A stretch of DNA of 64,000 bases from the NCBI GenBank assembly GCA_963845065.1, contig CAWJQQ010000001.1, positions 1-64,000 on the forward strand, given 5' to 3'. Of the stretch, positions 55,242-64,000 are shown piece by piece. The notes under the pieces were generated by a model. That model made no database searches. It was not told the DNA's origin and saw only the letters and a list, made by a program, of their open reading frames with translations. This stretch comes from Nitrospirota bacterium (GTDB lineage Bacteria; Nitrospirota; UBA9217). How positions within the stretch are numbered: position 1 is the stretch's first letter; each line of letters begins with the position of its first letter. The translations under genes and the position numbers were made by a program.

Positions 55242-55422
55242 CGAAAATTTCAGGCAGGCGACCGAGTCCGAGGGTTAAGCATTTCGGACTGCCTGGACCC
55301 CGCGGGTGTCTGAGCACGAAGGGCGAGTTTCCGAAATGTACCGAGGACGACCGAGCCTGCTGTAAAGGAATTTTCGTAGCGTGCCCTTCTTTGGCACATT
55401 TCTTGGGCACGCAAGAAAGGTG
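55242..55422. other. Highly structured non-coding element (candidate ncRNA or MITE-like repeat)
   Basis: Nested stems CGAAAATT/AATTTTCG, GCAGGC/GCCTGC, CATTTCGGA/TCCGAAATG, plus terminal TTTCTTG/CAAGAAA hairpin. Confidence 0.55.
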
Positions 55423-55750
55423 ACGATTATCTATGAATGGCGATGCAGAAAAAAAGGATCTCGGTCATATGTTTTTATCTCTCCCGTCAGAACATTGCGA
55501 GAATAAGTAACACGAAATTTCTTCATATATCCTCCATGATTTTGCTTTCTCTCCGACGAGCATCTTTATTCTATAACTTTCTTTACCTCGTGACATTGTA
55601 GTATATACAGTATGTCGCCCATGTGATAGCGTAAAACGCCCGTCACTTTATTGAATGTACCTGAATCGTGAATTGCGTCAGAGGCAAGGTATTTCGAACA
55701 CCCATGGCGTCCGCCCTTATAAATGGTGAAGCAGAAGATGAAATCAGTTT

Positions 55751-56542
55751 TTATGTTTTCCTGACCATTGTAGTATATTGATTTCTTATTTCATCTATAC
55801 CATATTTTTTTTCCAGCTGTCTTACTATGAAATGTCCCCGTGCTATAGACTGAAAGTGATTAATGAACAAAAGATTAATTCCTGCACCCCCTACTGCACC
55901 AATGACGGGTATCATTTCAGCTACGATTTTTTCGGTAACAACAACGTTGAATCTAGCTGCAATTTTAGTAATTAAGCGAATCAAAACGGGTGCACCTTCT
56001 TCAGCCACGCCCCGCTCAACAATATATTCAGCGGCTTCCATGACTGCTCTGCCTAATGCTATTCGGATAGCATAGTAACCTGATGTTGAACTGTCATCTG
56101 CAAAGTGTGGGCCACCTAGTGCGAATACTTCGAGGCAAGCCAACTGGGTATCGATTTGAGTTAAGTCTTCTCCTTCACTTCTGGCTATATCAGCTATTGA
56201 TCGCAACATAATTGTTGTTGAAATAGGCAATTCAACCAAGACCGCTGTTATACCAAAAAATCCACTCATACCCCCGGTAACACTTACTCCTATTTTATGC
56301 CACCAATTGCTCGGTGATTTGGTTATTGATTTATTAATTGTCCGAATGGCGCCACGCAGGGCTAATCGCATTGCTTTTATAGTTACTTCGGATATCACTT
56401 CATTAGCTTTGGGAGGCAACTTATTGACTACCCATTCGATAGGCATGCCTATCTTGTTGGTCAGTGTTGCAACCCAATTTATGTTTTCTAGAAGATCAAC
56501 TGCTTCTCGTAAACGGTCTCTGTCTGATTCTTCCATCATCAT
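55751..56542 (-). CDS. EcsC-family protein
   Basis: ELPISTTIMLRSIADIARSEGEDL, ACLEVFALGG, ARGHFIVR.LE..YG. Confidence 0.85.
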   Translation of the reverse strand: MMMEESDRDRLREAVDLLENINWVATLTNKIGMPIEWVVNKLPPKANEVISEVTIKAMRLALRGAIRTINKSITKSPSNWWHKIGVSVTGGMSGFFGITAVLVELPISTTIMLRSIADIARSEGEDLTQIDTQLACLEVFALGGPHFADDSSTSGYYAIRIALGRAVMEAAEYIVERGVAEEGAPVLIRLITKIAARFNVVVTEKIVAEMIPVIGAVGGAGINLLFINHFQSIARGHFIVRQLEKKYGIDEIRNQYTTMVRKT

Positions 56543-56946
56543 CTTATCTTTTTCATTTTAAATTTGGGTATAATCATGATACCGGTGACCGCAATGGCTC
56601 TTTTAACTTGGCGACATGGTGCGCTCTGACACAGTTGGTTTTATTTTTCGTCTTGTAAGTATAGCTGAGTACCAAAGAATCTTCGGTCATAAGGTAAACT
56701 TATTTTTGACATCATCCATTATTCAATTCAAGATACTATCTATGGTCAGGTCTGAAATACTAAAATGTTCACATATTCAGCTTGTAATGTGTACGCTATC
56801 CGCTTGGCCAGAGTCACAACTACAGCAAGAAGACTGCGCCGCATGCTAACTGCATGTTTCAATCGTAACTCTTCAAATCTTGAGAGGAAATACTGCTTGC
56901 CGCTGTCGCGATAGTAGTCTGGCAAATCAATGGATCAAATATCGTG

Positions 56947-57906
56947 TCAAGCCATTTTAATCACAATCTTTCCCCTCGCCCTCCCGGACTCGCTATAAGC
57001 AAGTGCCTCTTTGGCCTGGTCCAGGGGAAAAACTCTGTCAATAACCACTTTCATCCTGTCGGATTCAATGTGAGACATCATCCACGTCATGTCAGTGGAA
57101 TTTGGCTTGACCCAGATGGAGCGGACCTTTCTGCTTGATAAAAAGCCTATCAGATACTGATTCAGGAAGCCGGAAAAGGATCGGAGGGTGCTGATGTAGA
57201 CGCCATTCGTGTTGAGGGCTTTATTGCATTCGCCAAAGGATCGTTTGGCGACTGCATCGAAGATGATGTCATACCTATCTCGCTGGTTCGTGAAATCCTC
57301 TGCTCTGTAGTCTATGGCGCGATCCGCGCCTAGGTCTTTCACGAGGTCGAGGTTCGCTGCGCTGCATACCCCAGTGGTTTCTGCGCCGAAGATTTTAGAG
57401 ATCTGGACAGCAAACGTTCCCACGCCGCCTGATGCGCCGTTGATCAGGACCTTTTTGCCGTATGCGATTCTGCCGCGGTCACGTAGGGCCTGGAGAGCGG
57501 TAAGCCCAGCAACGGGGATGCAGGCAGCTTCTTCGAATGAGAGGCCGGCGGGCTTGGTAAACGCCGTAGTTTCCGGCAAACACATGTATTCCGCAAATGC
57601 GCCCATGCTGCGTACACCCGATAGACCGATCAAATGGTCGCCTTGGTTAATCTTTGAGAAGCCGCCGCTGGTCTCGACTACCTCGCCCGCGTACTCAGAG
57701 CCTAGGACCTTGGGGAATTTGCTTCCTGTGATAAGCCGCAACATTCCGGAGCGTACCTTCCAGTCCAGGGGGTTGACACTCGCGGCATGTACCTTGATCA
57801 GCACCATGCCCGTCGCACATCGCGGCTGCGGTACGTCCCCGATCTCCACGACGTCATTCCTGCCATATTTTCTGATAACGACTGCTTTCATAGGTGGACT
57901 CCCCAT
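56947..57906 (-). CDS. NAD(P)-dependent alcohol dehydrogenase/quinone oxidoreductase (MDR family)
   Basis: AASVNPLDWK, LINGASGGVGTFAVQ, GRARGKIV. Confidence 0.9.
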   Translation of the reverse strand: MGSPPMKAVVIRKYGRNDVVEIGDVPQPRCATGMVLIKVHAASVNPLDWKVRSGMLRLITGSKFPKVLGSEYAGEVVETSGGFSKINQGDHLIGLSGVRSMGAFAEYMCLPETTAFTKPAGLSFEEAACIPVAGLTALQALRDRGRIAYGKKVLINGASGGVGTFAVQISKIFGAETTGVCSAANLDLVKDLGADRAIDYRAEDFTNQRDRYDIIFDAVAKRSFGECNKALNTNGVYISTLRSFSGFLNQYLIGFLSSRKVRSIWVKPNSTDMTWMMSHIESDRMKVVIDRVFPLDQAKEALAYSESGRARGKIVIKMA

Positions 57907-57940
57907 GGACGTGCGGCGTCAGGCCCCGCTTACGTCGACC

Positions 57941-58369
57941 TTATTTCTGAACATTATTTTTCAAGTAAGTCCGGACCTTCGCCGCAATCTGACGATCAGT
58001 CATTTTGTCTACCGTCTCAATACCAGCTATGCGACCGCTCAGTTGGAAACTCTCGATTCGTTTTACTAGCTCACCCTTTGCCTCGCCGGGACCAAAGATC
58101 AGTAATACTGCCGCATCGCGAAGGTGCGAAATTACCTCATCATAATATTTATCGAGATGTCCCGTAAGGTCTCTCTGCTGCGAATCATCCGCTGGAACCA
58201 GCTGAGCCGGATAGGAAGTCGTAGAGCGCACACCCTCAAAACGGCCGAGTTGTTTTTCCACTCGCGAAATTACCTCTTTTACTTCCTCCCCTTTGTCCGT
58301 AAAAGCCACGATAACAGCCTTCCTATGGTCGATCCACAAACCTTTTGTCGTTTTCATAGAATTCTCCAT
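57941..58369 (-). CDS. eRF1-related/host-attachment-like protein
   Basis: GLWIDHRKAVIV, LIFGPGEAK.EL, DKMTDRQIAAKVR. Confidence 0.7.
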   Translation of the reverse strand: MENSMKTTKGLWIDHRKAVIVAFTDKGEEVKEVISRVEKQLGRFEGVRSTTSYPAQLVPADDSQQRDLTGHLDKYYDEVISHLRDAAVLLIFGPGEAKGELVKRIESFQLSGRIAGIETVDKMTDRQIAAKVRTYLKNNVQK

Positions 58370-58597
58370 GAGAAATGATAAACGTTCTTTATTTTAAGTA
58401 TACTACATATAATCGCTCTGATAAGAATAGAAATTATAACGACTTCCTTAGAAGAGGATGTAGGACGCACCGCAGTATCAACGATAATTCTAAACGTCTA
58501 CTAAAATAAAACGGGCGATGATTTCTCATTGCCCATGATGTATTTCCGAAACATTGTTATGTGGTTAATTTCGTGCTTGCCGATTTTTACATTACAT

Positions 58598-58915
58598 TTA
58601 CGACTTCACCGAAACCGCCTGCTTTTCGCGGATTGCCGCGGGCGTGGACACCACCAAGCCAGCCACCGTCCCGAGAAGTCCGCCGACCACGAGACAGACT
58701 GCAGCTGCGCAGGATATCCCGACCACGATACCCATCACCACAGCTGCCCTGACAAAGAGCGTGGGTTCAACTGCGCCGCCCATCAGTTTTTGGAGCAGGA
58801 TCAGTGTTCCGTAGCTTCCGAAATAAAATCCCGGCATGATTCCAAACACCAAGAATACTAACCCGCCAACCGTTGCGCCTATCTTCATTCCCGTTTTTAC
58901 CGTTTCGTTCTTCAT
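58598..58915 (-). CDS. Gly-rich hypothetical membrane protein (paralog B)
   Basis: FGIMPGFYFGSYG; hydrophobic; GGAG RBS. Confidence 0.7.
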   Translation of the reverse strand: MKNETVKTGMKIGATVGGLVFLVFGIMPGFYFGSYGTLILLQKLMGGAVEPTLFVRAAVVMGIVVGISCAAAVCLVVGGLLGTVAGLVVSTPAAIREKQAVSVKS

Positions 58916-58962
58916 GACAAATTCTCCCTGTATAAAAAAATTCAATAACTTTTGCTATTTCG

Positions 58963-59277
58963 TTATTTGCTGCCGGCCATCGATGCCTTTTCCGATGCGT
59001 GTCCGCCTTCAAGCATTCTGCCGACGAGCCAACCCATCGTGGAGGTGGCAGTTACGATCGTGATTCCAGAAACCATGACGCCTACCAGCATGGAAGCGAG
59101 CACGATTGCGCGTGATATGATTCCCGGATCCAGCGGAAGCCCGAAGAACATTCCGGCTATTTTGATTCCTGCGGCGCCGCCAAGGAGGCTGCCGGGAAGA
59201 AGACCGAAGATAGCGAAGAGTACGATTCCTGCACCTGCTCCGATGTATGCTGTTTTTCTTGAAATTGTGGTATTCAT
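58963..59277 (-). CDS. Gly-rich hypothetical membrane protein (paralog A)
   Basis: FGLLPGSLLGG; AGGAGG RBS. Confidence 0.75.
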   Translation of the reverse strand: MNTTISRKTAYIGAGAGIVLFAIFGLLPGSLLGGAAGIKIAGMFFGLPLDPGIISRAIVLASMLVGVMVSGITIVTATSTMGWLVGRMLEGGHASEKASMAGSK

Positions 59278-59316
59278 TTTATTGTCCTCCTTTTCGTTTA
59301 GTCTTGCCCCGTATAT

Positions 59317-59333
59317 TGCAGATCGCATGCCAA
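59317..59333 (-). promoter_or_regulatory. Sigma54 -24/-12 promoter
   Basis: TTGGCATGCGATCTGCA (GG-N10-GC), 40 bp upstream of the start codon. Confidence 0.6.
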
Positions 59334-59476
59334 AAGATAACTGATTGATTTTGCGAACACATGGTGTCGCGATTTTTTGCAAAGATGAGAAATGGAGTAA
59401 TTGCGTTGTTAATCATGCAAACGAATCGAAGTGATAGGGACAGGGTCTCAATGGGTAAAAAATAGGTAGATGACGC

Positions 59477-59634
59477 TAACGAATATAGTTTGGAACATTA
59501 TGTGTTTCCATGGGTTGCAATTACAACAGTTTCAGGATGCATTTGTTGACAGAAAACTTTCTCCAAAAATGCGATGATACAAGATGAATTTTACACCAGC
59601 ACTAATATTATATGAAACTAGAGTTCCTGCTCAA
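59477..59634 (+). repeat. Modular intergenic repeat (47 bp plus degenerate 99-bp module)
   Basis: TAACGAATAT|..GTTTC|AGGATG (59534)..AAAATGC..TGAATTTTACACC..ATTATATGAAACT. Confidence 0.8.
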
Positions 59635-59705
59635 AACCGAGAACATTGCAATTTGAGTTCAGGATTAAATCTTGATATACGTCATACAATGTCATACCAT
59701 TATAT

Positions 59706-60208
59706 ATGCTTATATTTGATTTATCTACGCTAATTCTCCTTGCGCGGGCAGATATGCTCGATTTATTTTTTGTGAGTTACAGGGGGAATGTTTATATTCC
59801 TGAAAAAGTGGTATCTGAGGTAACAATATCGGACAAAGATGAGGCCAAATCAATTAAAAGATACATAGAAAATAAAAAAATAAGTGTTGTGAAGGTAAAA
59901 AATGCCACCCTAATAAGAAAACTCGTGGACGATTTTAATATAGATATTGGTGAAGCGGAGGTGCTAGTGCTGGCCGATGAAAAAAAGGTAGGCATCGTAG
60001 CAACCGATGATAGAAATGCGATTCGTGCATGTAAGATATAAAACTTGATTTTGTAACTGCTATTTCTTTTTTGATACGAGCTGTTGAAAAAGGTTTGCTG
60101 CCGAAAGATGAGGGTGTTATAAAGGTAAAAAAATTGCAGTCTATCGGTAGATACAGTAAAAATATCCTGGACGATGCTGCACGTCAGATACTGGGAGGAG
60201 GAAAATAA
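59706..60208 (+). pseudogene. PIN-domain toxin (DUF3368-like), frameshift at ~60040
   Basis: IFDLSTLI, IDIGEAEVL, ATDDRNAIRAC; C-terminus continues in a shifted frame up to the antitoxin start. Confidence 0.8.
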
Positions 60209-60349
60209 ATGGCTACGAAAACATTAAGTATACGTATCAACGACAATGACTATAAATTTCTTTCTGCTTTAGCCAAGGAAGAACGAGGGGATATGTCTAC
60301 GGCTGTACGTGAATTAGTCGATCTCGGAAGAATCATGCTTGCAGTTGAA

Positions 60350-61973
60350 CAATGGTCCGCGCATTCCCCCTGCTAGGCGATGGAGCGCCAGGAGGCGGGT
60401 CAAGCGGACCGGTTTAGGTTGTGCTATATTAGTACGACCATGCTATTTGCCATGCCAGCAGCAATATCGAGCGGCGTTAAATTCCGAGCATACCCGACAG
60501 AAAAGCAGAAAGAAGTGCTTTCGCAATGGATAGGCTGCCAGCGGTTTATCTACAACGCCAAGGTTTCTGAGGCCAAGTATTTCCGCACGTTCAGGAATCA
60601 CTCCCTTTCTTTAACGGGAATCCAGTCTCCGATCGACCAACAATACGCTCAGTTTAAAGATAAAGAGCTAACTCCCTTCTTGTATAACGTGCCTTCCCAA
60701 ATACTTCGCAATGGCGCCACCCGGTTTATGGGCGCACAACAGCGGTTTTGGAAAGGGCTGTCTGAGCGTCCTACCTTTAAGAGAAAGTCTGGTCGCCAAA
60801 CCGTCTGGCTGACGAATGAATTGTTTAGGTTTGTGCCTATAGTTAAGGGGAAAAGCAAACATAGTGAAATCACCTACGAACACAAGCTGGTACTTGGCAC
60901 CAAGAAACACGCTCTCGGCGAACTTTGCTTTAAGGCACATACGGAATATGGTTTGCCATCTACCGTCACGATTACACGGGAAGCTGGCAAGTGGTTCCTC
61001 TCGTTTTCGAATGAGAAACAGGGTGTCTGTATATCCGAAGAAGACTTGATCGCGTACTATGCCTCCATGCCAGCCGACAAACTCAATGAAGTAGCTGTCG
61101 GCATGGACCGCGGCGTGGTGCTTCCTGCGGCGATGAGCGATGGAACAAGCCACGATTTCACTCCGGAACAGAAGACAAACCTTGCCGCAAAAGAGTTGCG
61201 CCGTAAACGGTACGAGCGCCAAATGGCAAACCGCGTAAAAGGCTCTGGCCGTTGGAAGCGATCGGTAGGCCATGTAACAAGCTGCCATGCCGTAGCAGCC
61301 AACATCCGAAACGATTTTGCGCATAAGGCCAGTAGAAAGATCGTTGATTCAGAGGCTGAAATTATCGTGTTCGAAGATCTTAAAATAAAGAATATGACGA
61401 AAGCACCGAAACCGAAGAAAGCAGGCACCCAAACCAACACCAGAACAAATGCCAAAACCAGCAAATATCTCCCCAACGGTGCAGCTGCCAAGGCCGGACT
61501 CAATAAAGCAATACTCGAGTCCGCCTGGGGCAAGGTCAAAACATTCATCACCTACAAAGCCAGGAGGGCCAACAAACTAGTCATTGCCGTACCACCGCGG
61601 GGCACATCGCAAGAGTGTTCGAAGTGTTCGCACACTCACCCGGACAATCGCTTGACGCAAGCTACGTTCGTATGCCAGAACTGCGGCTTTACCGAAAACG
61701 CCGATTTCAACGCATCATGCACCGTTAAAAACAGAGGTATCACGATGCTGATCGCCGGTGAAATATCGGTAAAGCAAAAGAAGCGTGCCATGCGGTTAAA
61801 GAACAACAAGCAATTAAAAGAAAAACAGCACCTAGGGCCGGAACAGCCCAAAGTAACGCGCGGGGAGATGGAGTTAAGACGATCTGCGGGCATATGCCTT
61901 CAGATCGCATCTGTCGAGAACCGTGAAACCCCCACTACAATTGCACAAGCGGTTTAGTGGCGGGAGAGTTCAT
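60350..61973 (+). mobile_element. IS200/IS605-family tnpB-only element (IS1341-like)
   Basis: Inserted 3' of TTGAA, no target duplication; left end CAATGGTCCGC, right end GAGAGTTCAT; no tnpA. Confidence 0.88.
60380..61957 (+). CDS. tnpB: RNA-guided endonuclease TnpB (true start probably 60440 or 60452)
   Basis: FRAYPT..Q HTH, RuvC motifs GMDRG / FEDL / NADFNA, Zn finger CSKC..CQNC. Confidence 0.93.
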   Translation: MERQEAGQADRFRLCYISTTMLFAMPAAISSGVKFRAYPTEKQKEVLSQWIGCQRFIYNAKVSEAKYFRTFRNHSLSLTGIQSPIDQQYAQFKDKELTPFLYNVPSQILRNGATRFMGAQQRFWKGLSERPTFKRKSGRQTVWLTNELFRFVPIVKGKSKHSEITYEHKLVLGTKKHALGELCFKAHTEYGLPSTVTITREAGKWFLSFSNEKQGVCISEEDLIAYYASMPADKLNEVAVGMDRGVVLPAAMSDGTSHDFTPEQKTNLAAKELRRKRYERQMANRVKGSGRWKRSVGHVTSCHAVAANIRNDFAHKASRKIVDSEAEIIVFEDLKIKNMTKAPKPKKAGTQTNTRTNAKTSKYLPNGAAAKAGLNKAILESAWGKVKTFITYKARRANKLVIAVPPRGTSQECSKCSHTHPDNRLTQATFVCQNCGFTENADFNASCTVKNRGITMLIAGEISVKQKKRAMRLKNNKQLKEKQHLGPEQPKVTRGEMELRRSAGICLQIASVENRETPTTIAQAV

Positions 61974-62339
61974 AAGTATAGAAAATCAGACGTGTCTTTG
62001 GCAAAGGCTGCGCGATTGGCAGGGGTATCATTATCAAAGATGATGGATATTCTGGCAGAATACGGCATTTAGGCAAATCTGGAATATGAAGATTATCTCA
62101 AAGGGCTGAAGACCATCAAAAAAATATGGGCATGAAGACGAACAAAGTAATAAAGTCTCGCGCTCAGCGTACGGTGAATCTTTGGGAGGTAAAGAAGCAT
62201 CAGGAAAAGAAGCTTAAGCGGATACAGAACGCTGCTTGATACTTATCACTCTTTGATTAGCCCACTTGGTCTAGACCTTCCTAACGACTTCGAGAACAGG
62301 TTCCTACAGATCGTAAGAAGCCAAAATAAAAAACGTTAA

Positions 62340-62386
62340 GGCTCATAACCCGAAGGTCATCGGTTCAAATCCGGCCCCCGCTACCA
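62340..62386 (+). pseudogene. 3' fragment of tRNA-Met(CAT), initiator-like; probable att site
   Basis: GGCTCATAACCCGAAGGTCATCGGTTCAAATCCGGCCCCCGCTACCA has anticodon arm, T arm and CCA; 5' half is absent. Confidence 0.85.
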
Positions 62387-62394
62387 ACAAACTC

Positions 62395-62427
62395 AAGGGG
62401 TTACAGCATTCGCTGTAGCCCCTTTTT
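62395..62427 (+). terminator. Intrinsic terminator after the tRNA fragment
   Basis: AAGGGGTTACAGC-ATTC-GCTGTAGCCCCTT-TTT. Confidence 0.75.
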
Positions 62428-62748
62428 CTAACCTTTCTACCGTCCTGTTTGTGTCCTGCGAGAATAATAAACACATTATGTTGAAAAAGTACTGAGATCA
62501 GTACGCTGCGAATTTATTAGAAACAGATATCAATAGATCATTTTGAAGGAAGCAGAATGGAAGAACCAGGCTGCTTAGAGAATGGATGGAAAGCAGTTCG
62601 AGCTTTCGGTATCGCGGAAACATGGCAAGAGATAGGCAAAGAAGGCGAAGACATTGAGGGAATACAAAGCCTGCAGCCGGAAGGTCTAGGAATCAACGTC
62701 CGCTCCTGTTGCATTTGAAAAGTTCCAGTGCAGTGAACGACAGGGATA

Positions 62749-62777
62749 TTGACAACATCACAAAAATGTATTACTAT
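62749..62777 (+). promoter_or_regulatory. Sigma70 promoter of the abrB-vapC operon
   Basis: TTGACA-N17-TACTAT. Confidence 0.6.
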
Positions 62778-62818
62778 TGAGATACGTAATGATAATTAGA
62801 AAGGTAAGGTAAATTACT

Positions 62819-63073
62819 GTGTCGACCGCCGCGGTTAAGATCACTCGCAAGGGGCAGATAACGATACCGAAGGAAATTCGGGAAAAACTGAAGACCGATG
62901 CCGTCTATTTCGAAGTGGAGGATGGTATTGTCATGGTAAAGCCGGTGCGGGATGCGGCCGGCTCGCTCCGGGAATTCGCCGTGAATGTTAAACCAGGAGC
63001 ATCCCTGCGGCAGATAAAAGACAAAGCGTGGGAGGTTGCGGTCCGTGAAAAAACCGGCAAGAAATCTGCCTGA
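62819..63073 (+). CDS. AbrB/MazE/SpoVT-family antitoxin
   Basis: KITRKGQITIPKEIREKL. Confidence 0.88.
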   Translation: MSTAAVKITRKGQITIPKEIREKLKTDAVYFEVEDGIVMVKPVRDAAGSLREFAVNVKPGASLRQIKDKAWEVAVREKTGKKSA

Positions 63074-63446
63074 TACCAACACCATAGTCCGCTACCTTGT
63101 TGCAGATGATCTAGTCCTGCACGACAAGGCGAGGGAATTCTTTGACAGAGTGCAACACGACGGCGTTAAGGCCATCATCCTCGAGAGCGTAATCGCCGAA
63201 TGCATGTATATCCTGACAAAGATTTACAAGGTTCCTCGGGTCCGGGCTGCAGGGAGTCTTATTGATGTCTTACGATATAAAGGAATCGCGAATGATGATC
63301 AGCAGGAACTTATCCTGGCGTTAACGCTGTGTTCGGAACATGGCTTGGACATCGTTGATTGTATTCTCTGCGCAAAGGCCAAGTCCAACGAATACCGCCT
63401 GTTTACGTTCGATGCTGATCTGAACAAACTAATGCATCGCATTTAA
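63036..63446 (+). CDS. PIN-domain (VapC-like) toxin
   Basis: DTNTIVRYL, VIAEC, DIVDCIL, FTFD. Confidence 0.88.
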   Translation: MRSVKKPARNLPDTNTIVRYLVADDLVLHDKAREFFDRVQHDGVKAIILESVIAECMYILTKIYKVPRVRAAGSLIDVLRYKGIANDDQQELILALTLCSEHGLDIVDCILCAKAKSNEYRLFTFDADLNKLMHRI

Positions 63447-63462
63447 CGACAAAAACGCAGAA

Positions 63463-63933
63463 ATGACTCGAAGCATTCGCGTCCTCACTAAAAAAGAAAG
63501 TGTTAGTAATGACAAAAAGATTGGGGCGGATCATCTTATGATCTTACGGAATCTATCGCCCGATTTCGATGAATGGCCGAAACGGTGGATGGGACTGAAG
63601 GAAGATTTGGAGTACGGGAAGAAGCTGCTGCCGTACATGGAAGAGTTTCTTGACGATCTCATAAAAAGGGACGTGTCTCTGAAAACGCTGAAAAACCATA
63701 TCGACAACACGTGGTTGCTGGGTGGGTCGATCATAAAGCATGTTTCGATGTACGAAGATTACAAAACCGCCCCGCTCAAGAAGCTTGTGGAATCCGTTAA
63801 AGCAGGTGGTATGCTTCCGGATGGCTATGATCAAATGACGGAACGGGATCTGAGGGCGTTTGAAAGGACCTGCGAATTGTTTGAAGAATTTTTAAAAAAG
63901 ACAGCGACGAAAGAGAAGATTCACGCGGGCTGA
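63463..63933 (+). CDS. Hypothetical protein
   Basis: 156-aa ORF; no family recognised. Confidence 0.6.
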   Translation: MTRSIRVLTKKESVSNDKKIGADHLMILRNLSPDFDEWPKRWMGLKEDLEYGKKLLPYMEEFLDDLIKRDVSLKTLKNHIDNTWLLGGSIIKHVSMYEDYKTAPLKKLVESVKAGGMLPDGYDQMTERDLRAFERTCELFEEFLKKTATKEKIHAG

Positions 63934-64000
63934 AGTCCGCGGCTTCCTCAGAAGGGAAAGTATATGTTTATGCCACCGAGTGTCTATTGCGGCGATAAAA

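Larger units (their letters stand above)
60209..62135 (+). pseudogene. UPF0175-like antitoxin interrupted by the TnpB element, plus TAG at 62070
   Basis: 60209-60349 joined to 61974-62135 reads ..IMLAVE|KYRKSDVSLAKAARLAGVS.. in frame. Confidence 0.85.

Noticed and set aside
60871..61555. CACCTAC at 60871 and 61549 as members of the repeat family
   Set aside because: Both lie inside tnpB coding sequence (ITY codons) and lack the flanking modules.
62340..62386. Functional tRNA-Met gene
   Set aside because: The 5' acceptor strand and D arm are absent; the upstream sequence is unrelated and A-rich.

Overview
Bacterial genomic or metagenomic DNA. Gene content suggests an anaerobe such as Nitrospirota or a Deltaproteobacteria-like lineage (inference only). 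(1) 1-480: a GC-rich AhpD-like gene joined abruptly to the 3' end of a wecB-like gene, probably a chimeric junction. (2) 0.67-17.3 kb: a plus-strand surface-polysaccharide cluster (glycosyltransferases, FnlA/FnlC-type UDP-L-FucNAc/QuiNAc pathway, CapD-like dehydratase, SLBB export protein, Wzz); several genes are frameshifted. (3) An IS1634-family element, then glycogen phosphorylase. (4) 22.1-62.4 kb: a large accessory region. It starts at a truncated tyrosine recombinase and ends at a 3' tRNA-Met(CAT) fragment that looks like an att site. It holds mostly minus-strand single genes or small operons (toxin-antitoxin pairs, an arsenic-resistance cluster, DHFR-like genes, cooC-like, ispH, hybrid kinases) and a TnpB element. 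The main observation is that its intergenic gaps carry a same-strand family of modular non-coding repeats with fixed spacing: TAAC..|46-47 bp|AGGATG..99 bp..CACCTAC|~60 bp..AAC. Integron-type attC hairpins are docked exactly at the end of three of these repeats. This may be an undescribed multi-site gene-cassette capture platform. All alignments and counts were done by eye.
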